From Schmidtea nova (lineage: Eukaryota): a stretch of DNA of 54,701 nucleotides. The notes beneath the pieces are model-generated. The model was not told where the DNA came from, ran no database searches, and saw only the letters and a list, made by a program, of their open reading frames with translations. The position numbers and the translations under genes were made by a program. Positions 47,847 to 54,701 of the stretch are shown piece by piece (the stretch's first letter is position 1; each line of letters begins with the position of its first letter). Location of the stretch: positions 1 to 54,701 of the forward strand of contig JBJFYY010000101.1 in assembly GCA_044892505.1 (NCBI GenBank), read 5' to 3'.

Positions 47847-50800
47847 CAAACAAACAAAAAAAATCGCCTGAAAGCTAGATCTCCGCTAAATCGCCGCCGC
47901 CGCAAAAGAAAAATAAACAAACAAAAGAAAAATAAACAAAACAAAAACAAAGAAAACAAACAAAGTTTAAATCAGTTCTAGTTTCTTAGTGTTTACAGAA
48001 TTTTGTTGTTAAGGGAGTTGTTTTGTTACAAAGTTATTTTGTTTATCATTAAGTGCGCCACTATTAGCTTCGCTAATGTTATTAAATCGCTATGCAACAT
48101 AGTTATTTTACTTATTATTAAGTGTGCTACTATTAGCTTCGCTAATACAATAAGTCGCTGTATGACATAATTATTTTACATATTACTAATATACAATAAG
48201 TATATTCATAGAAACATGCTTACAAGTATCTTTCTATTCATATACTTATTGACTTAATTCTCTATGCTAGCTATATTCTACTTATTATATTACTTATCTA
48301 TAAGCGCGCTATAGTTAGCTTCGCTAACATTATACTTATCATTTAACTTATTTATTTTATAAATACAATGTATTTATACAATAAATATACTCATAAAAAC
48401 ATGTTTACAAACATCTTTCTATTCGTATATTTATTGACTTAGTTTTTTTATTCGTGCTTATTACTTAATGTTTACCATAATTTTCTTCTCTATACCTATA
48501 TATATTAATATACAATATTCAATAAGTGCTTCAGATAAGTCTTTGTCTTTATTTTCGATTCTCTACAATAAAAACAAAACCTTATTCTTGCACATAATGA
48601 ATAGTTGTACATTAATATATATCAATAAGCCCACATCCGTGAGGCTGAAGCGATCTAAAGTGCAGGTTACCCTATTAACATTATAAGCGTTAATTTTAAC
48701 ATATAATAAAAATATAATAATAAAAAAGACGATTCCCATTCAAATTCACAAAATCAATTTGTGATTTTCATCCTTTCGTATCGTCTCTTTCATTATTAAT
48801 TTTTATTATAGTAAAAATAAGCCACTTATAAAGTAAATAAGATAACCATGACAATCTGTGAGCCGTGACTTCGTTAAGTACCTCGTTGTAAGCATAGTCT
48901 GAGCATATCGTGCTTAATCATTCCAGATTAAAATTTTGAAGTAAATTTTATATAAATGGTTAAAGAATAGGGTACCCAACAGCCTGCGGTATTTGTGACC
49001 TGGTCTGTTTCCTTCGTACCCTCTCCTCTAAGCCATTTCCACAAAATTTCATCAATAATTTTAAACTTGCAGATAAGCCACGATAACACTCAGATTAACA
49101 AAATAAGTATATAAATAATATATAATAATTACTCAGATAAGTTTATTTATTTATTTACGGTTTTTGCTACCTGCAATAAATAAACAATCTTATTTTCGTA
49201 ATTAATATATATTCTTTATACACACAAAGCCAAGTACACAAATAAACACACAATAAGTATTCAGATAAGTTTATTTATTTATTTACGGTTTTTTGCTACC
49301 TGCAATAAATAAACAACCTTATTTTCATACTTAATGTCTGTTTCTTTATGTACACTTAACTAAGTATATAAATAAACACACAATAAGTATTCAGATAAGT
49401 TTATTTATTTATTTACGGTTTTTTGCTACCTGCAATAAATAAACAACCTTATTTTCATACTTAATGTATGTTTCTTTATATACACAAAGCTGAGCACATA
49501 GATTAATATATGATAATTACTCAGATAAGCTTATTTATTTATTTACGGTTTTGACACCTGCAATAAATAAACAATCTCATTCTCGTACTTAACATATATT
49601 AATCCTCGTGCTTTACAAATTTCTTTCTCTATACCTATATATATTAATATACAATATTCAATAAGTGCTTCAGATAAGTCTTTGTCTTTATTTTCGATTC
49701 TCTACAATAAAAACAAAACCTTATTCTTGCACATAATGAATAGTTGTACATTAATATATATCAATAAGCCCACATCCGTGAGGCTGAAGAGATCTAAAGT
49801 GCAGGTTACCCTATTAACATTATAAGCGTTAATTTTAACATATAATAAAAATATAATAATAAAAAAGACGATTCCCATTCAAATTCACAAAATCAATTTG
49901 TGATTTTCATCCTTTCGTATCGTCTCTTTCATTATTAATTTTTATTATAGTAAAAATAAGCCACTTATAAAGTAAATAAGATAACCATGACAATCTGTGA
50001 GCCGTGACTTCGTTAAGTACCTCGTTGTAAGCATAGTCTGAGCATATCGTGCTTAATCATTCCAGATTAAAATTTTGAAGTAAATTTTATATAAATGGTT
50101 AAAGAATAGGGTACCCAACAGCCTGCGGTATTTGTGACCTGGTCTGTTTCCTTCGTACCCTCTCCTTTAAGCCATTTCCACAAAATTTCATCAATAATTT
50201 TAAACTTGCAGATAAGCCACGATAACACTCAGCAAAACGTATAAGCCTTTACATAGATAAACATAGATAATTTCTACAATTATATGTGTTTATAAGTGTG
50301 TATTATAAACCCTGTATTTAATATTCTTTAACAATTATGTTTCTTATCAGTGTTCTTAATTTTTGTCACGAACTCAAGCGAAGCACGTAAAGAAGCTTTA
50401 AAAGACTCTGCGCTTACCAGCCTGCTGCCGCTTGGTACTGTGTTCTTAACGCTACGCAGTCGCTTGAGGCTTGTGCTTTCGCTAAACCCAGACACGTCTC
50501 ATCTCGCTTCTTTGCTTTTCGTTCTACACAAAAAAGAAGAAGCACAGAAAAGTAACCCAATTGCTAAACAATATTAAAGACATTGTTTATAACACACCCT
50601 GATAAACACAGATAATTCTAAAAATTATCTATGTTTACCTATATAAAGGACCACAACTTTGTAAATATATACGTATATTATATAGCTAAGTAACTATATA
50701 CTAAAGTATATCGCTACTTAACTATATAATATACATATATATTTAACCTATAAGTCTTAAATATCTCCATATCATATATATATAGATAAGTAACTATATA

Positions 50801-53800
50801 CTTACAGTATATAGATACTTAACTATATATATATAATATGACATAATGTAAGTAAAATAAGTAAAAAAAACTAAGCAATAAACGAGTAGAATAATGAGTT
50901 CACAAACTCATTTTTTTTTTTTTTTTTTTAATAGCAAAGGAATAAGAAATTATTCAAAAAAAAAATAATTTCTTAACTCATACTTCTCCTCATTTATTAC
51001 ATGTTTTGTTTACTTATGTTACATACATTATGTCATATCATATATATATAGATAAGTATCTATATACTGTAAGTATATAGTTACTTATCTATATATATAT
51101 GATATGTCTCTATTTAAGACCCAATGTTTTACCATAATTTACATATTATATATATATAGATAAGTAACTATATACTTACAGTATATAGATACTTAACTAT
51201 ATATATATAATATGACATAATGTAAGTAAAATAAGTAAAAAAACTAAGTAATAAACGAGTAGAATAATGAGTTCACAAACTCATTTTTTTTTTTTTTTTT
51301 TTACTTCCATCTCCTATTAAGACTTAGTTTAAAAAAAAAATAAGTTCTTAACTCATACATCTCCTCATTTATTACATATTTTGTTTACTTATTGTACATA
51401 CATTATGTCATATTATATATATATAGATAAGTATCTATATACTTTAAGTATATAGTACTTATCTATATATATNNNNNNNNNNNNNNNNNNNNNNNNNNNN
51501 NNNNNNNNNNNNNNNNNNNNNNNNNNNNNNNNNNNNNNNNNNNNNNNNNNNNNNNNNNNNNNNNNNNNNNNNNNNNNNNNNNNNNNNNNNNNNNNNNNNN
51601 NNNNNNNNNNNNNNNNNNNNNNNNNNNNNNNNNNNNNNNNNNNNNNNNNNNNNNNNNNNNNNNNNNNNNNNNNNNNNNNNNNNNNNNNNNNNNNNNNNNN
51701 NNNGCTTACCTTTAAGGGGGTTTTTTTCCGTACATACGAATAAGTACGAGAGACAACTTTCACCTTGCCTCGTAAAGAAAAAGTTAGACAATGATCCTTT
51801 CACCATCTGCAACTCAAATAGAACATACTAATAACACTCATTAAATAACAAATTGTTAAATAATTAAATGCAATAGCAGTCCTAAAACCTGGATCTTATC
51901 CGCGTAATTATTTTACCAACCAGTTCTGGTCTCGACATATCCTACGTCCGTCCGTAAAGTGTAGGAACTTCTGAACACCTTGCCCCCAAGTTAGGTGGGC
52001 TCTAGCAGCTGCATACCGAAATGCTACCTTGTGCATCGACTACCTTAATCGCGTCTTCTATGTTAGGTTTAAAGTTCAAGCTTCTGTTTGCCAATGGGCG
52101 AAGATATACAATATTTCATGAAATCGCCTCAGCGTGCAACGAGGTGTGTATAACAATAGGCTCATTACGATACCTACAAAACTTTTTAAAGTCTTCACTC
52201 TCTAATACTATATGATATATGCTTAATACAATATATTACTNNNNNNNNNNNNNNNNNNNNNNNNNNNNNNNNNNNNNNNNNNNNNNNNNNNNNNNNNNNN
52301 NNNNNNNNNNNNNNNNNNNNNNNNNNNNNNNNNNNNNNNNNNNNNNNNNNNNNNNNNNNNNNNNNNNNNNNNNNNNNNNNNNNNNNNNNNNNNNNNNNNN
52401 NNNNNNNNNNNNNNNNNNNNNNNNNNNNNNNNNNNNNNNNNNNNNNNNNNNNNNNNNNNNNNNNNNNNNNNNNNNNNNNNNNNNNNNNNNNNNNNNNNNN
52501 NNNNNNNNNNNNNNNNNNNNNNNNNNNNNNNNNNNNNNNNNNNNNNNNNNNNNNNNNNNNNNNNNNNNNNNNNNNNNNNNNNNNNNNNNNNNNNNNNNNN
52601 NNNNNNNNNNATACACCCCCTTCCCCCCTCTATAAAACCAACCAAACAAAACCATCCCTATCAAAATACCAAAGTTTCATCCAGGCTTATAAAAGAGAAG
52701 ACACGAAAGTAACAATCAAGGTGCTGATTACCACAGATTGTTATGTGTCTTATCATTTATGAGCTTATAAAAACTAAACCTTAATCAACAAAACAAAATC
52801 CCCCACTAAAACCAATATAACACAAGTTCAAACTACCATATAATTTTCATGTGCCAGCAAAAAAAAAAAAAAATAACTACTGGAAGGCCTAACAGCCTCT
52901 CAGTAGTGAGAAAACACTTTCAAACAATTAAGGGCCTTTTTGTGAACAAGGTTATAGAGAGTTTGTAAAACCCATCAAAAACCAAATTTATGCTACACAA
53001 AATGCCTTTAAACCAATGTCAGTTTCAATCACAGGCCATTTTGTGGATAAATTTGTCACTAACTCTAAAACAAACACAATTTACAAACCATTTACCACCA
53101 AGCTATCAAAATTCAACTAATCAAAAACTATGTTATAAAATAATTGTTTAAAATCAGATTTAAAAACAAATTTAAAACACAAAAAACATTTTCAAAAAAT
53201 TAATAAAAATTACCGTACTTTAGTTCACCATTTTACGGTCAAAATAGCGTTTGCAATACCACTATATTGCAAGTCATTTTTGTAGAGAAATTTGCCACTA
53301 AATTTAAGTTTTAAAAAACTAAAATAAATGACAAAATTCTCAACATAAAATAACTAACATAATAAACATAATTTTAAACTATACAATAAACATAGTTTTA
53401 AAAACAAACACACATTTAAAAAGCCATTTAGGACCCAGCTAACAAAATTCAACTAATCAAAAACTATGTTATAAAATAATTGTTTAAAATCAGATTTAAA
53501 AACAAATTTAAAACACAAAAAACATTTTCAAAAAATTAATAAAAATTACCGTACTTTAGTTCACCATTTTACGGTCAAAATAGCGTTTGCAATACCACTA
53601 TATTGCAAGTCATTTTTGTAGAGAAATTTGCCACTAAATTTAAGTTTTAAAAAACTAAAATAAATGACAAAATTCTCAACATAAAAATAACTAACATAAT
53701 AAACATAATTTTAAACTATACAATAAACATAGTTTTAAAAACAAACACACATTTAAAAAGCCATTTAGGACCCAGCTAACAAAATTCAACTAATCAAAAA

Positions 53801-54701
53801 CTATGTTATAAAATAATTGTTTAAAATCAGATTTAAAAACAAATTTAAAACACAAAAAACATTTTCAAAAAATTAATAAAAATTACCGTACTTTAGTTCA
53901 CCATTTTACGGTCAAAATAGCGTTTGCAATACCACTATATTGCAAGTCATTTTTGTAGAGAAATTTGCCACTAAATTTAAGTTTTAAAAAACTAAAATAA
54001 ATGACAAAATTCTCAACATAAAATAACTAACATAATAAACATAATTTTAAACAAACAAAAAGACTAAAACAATTACGTTAGGGACATACTAGTCAAAAAC
54101 AATTTAACTTGTAGTTAAAACTATAGCGATACCAAAACAAAGCTACCCATAAACAGGACAAATTATAAAAGAGCAACAAGAAACAACACCATCCTTATAA
54201 AAACTAAGTAACAAAAATAAACAAAACTACATTATAAAATAATTGTGTTAAAAATATGATTTAAAAACAAATTTAAAACACAAAAAACATTTTCAAAAAA
54301 TTAATAAAAATTACCGTACTTTAGTTCACCATTTTACGGTCAAAATAGCGTTTGCAATACCACTATATTGCAAGTCATTTTTGTAGAGAAATTTGCCACT
54401 AAATTTAAGTTTTAAAAAACTAAAATAAATGACAAAATTCTCAACATAAAATAACTAACATAATAAACATAATTTTAAACTATACAATAAACATAGTTTT
54501 AAAAACAAACACACATTTAAAAAGCCATTTAGGACCCAGCTAACAAATTCAACTAATCAAAAACTATGTTATAAAATAATTGTTTAAAATCAGATTTAAA
54601 AACAAATTTAAAACACAAAAAAACATTTTCAAAAAATTAATAAAAATTACCGTACTTTAGTTCACCATTTTACGGTCAAAATAGCGTTTGCAATACCACT
54701 A
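47847..54701. promoter_or_regulatory. Long non-coding region, copy 3 (truncated)
   Basis: Same modules as copies 1 and 2. Confidence 0.85.

Larger units (their letters stand above)
46346..54701. repeat. Mitogenome unit, copy 3 (partial, ends inside the repeat array)
   Basis: Matches copy 2 at +23163 until the repeat array, where module order diverges at ~54481. Confidence 0.95.

Overview
This window is an animal mitochondrial genome of about 23.16 kb, present head-to-tail about 2.36 times (copy 1 = 1-23182, copy 2 = 23183-46345, partial copy 3 = 46346-54701). All genes are on the minus strand and use the flatworm/echinoderm mitochondrial code (TGA=Trp, AGR=Ser, AAA=Asn), so the supplied ORF track splits them artificially. 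The gene order is cob-nad4L-nad4-cox1-nad6-nad5-cox3-atp6-nad1-cox2-nad3-nad2-[ORF]-[long non-coding region]-M-H-F-rrnS-L1-Y-G-S1-rrnL-L2-T-C-N. That order and the 32-bp nad4L/nad4 overlap point to a triclad planarian; the species cannot be determined here. I located 12 standard protein genes, 2 rRNAs and 22 tRNAs by hand. Unexplained extras: (i) a duplicated trnN whose anticodon has become UUU, matching the reassigned AAA=Asn codon, next to a cob pseudogene fragment; (ii) a 90-aa single-TM orphan ORF between nad4 and a cox1 frame with a ~90-110 codon N-terminal extension; (iii) a 162-aa MVH-starting atp8-like ORF after nad2; (iv) a tRNA-shaped element found both among the tRNAs and in the repeat array; (v) a ~7.7-kb non-coding region built from giant hairpins, direct repeats, a CSB2-like G-tract and modular tandem repeats. 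All structures and translations were done by eye, so tRNA and rRNA ends may be off by a few nt.
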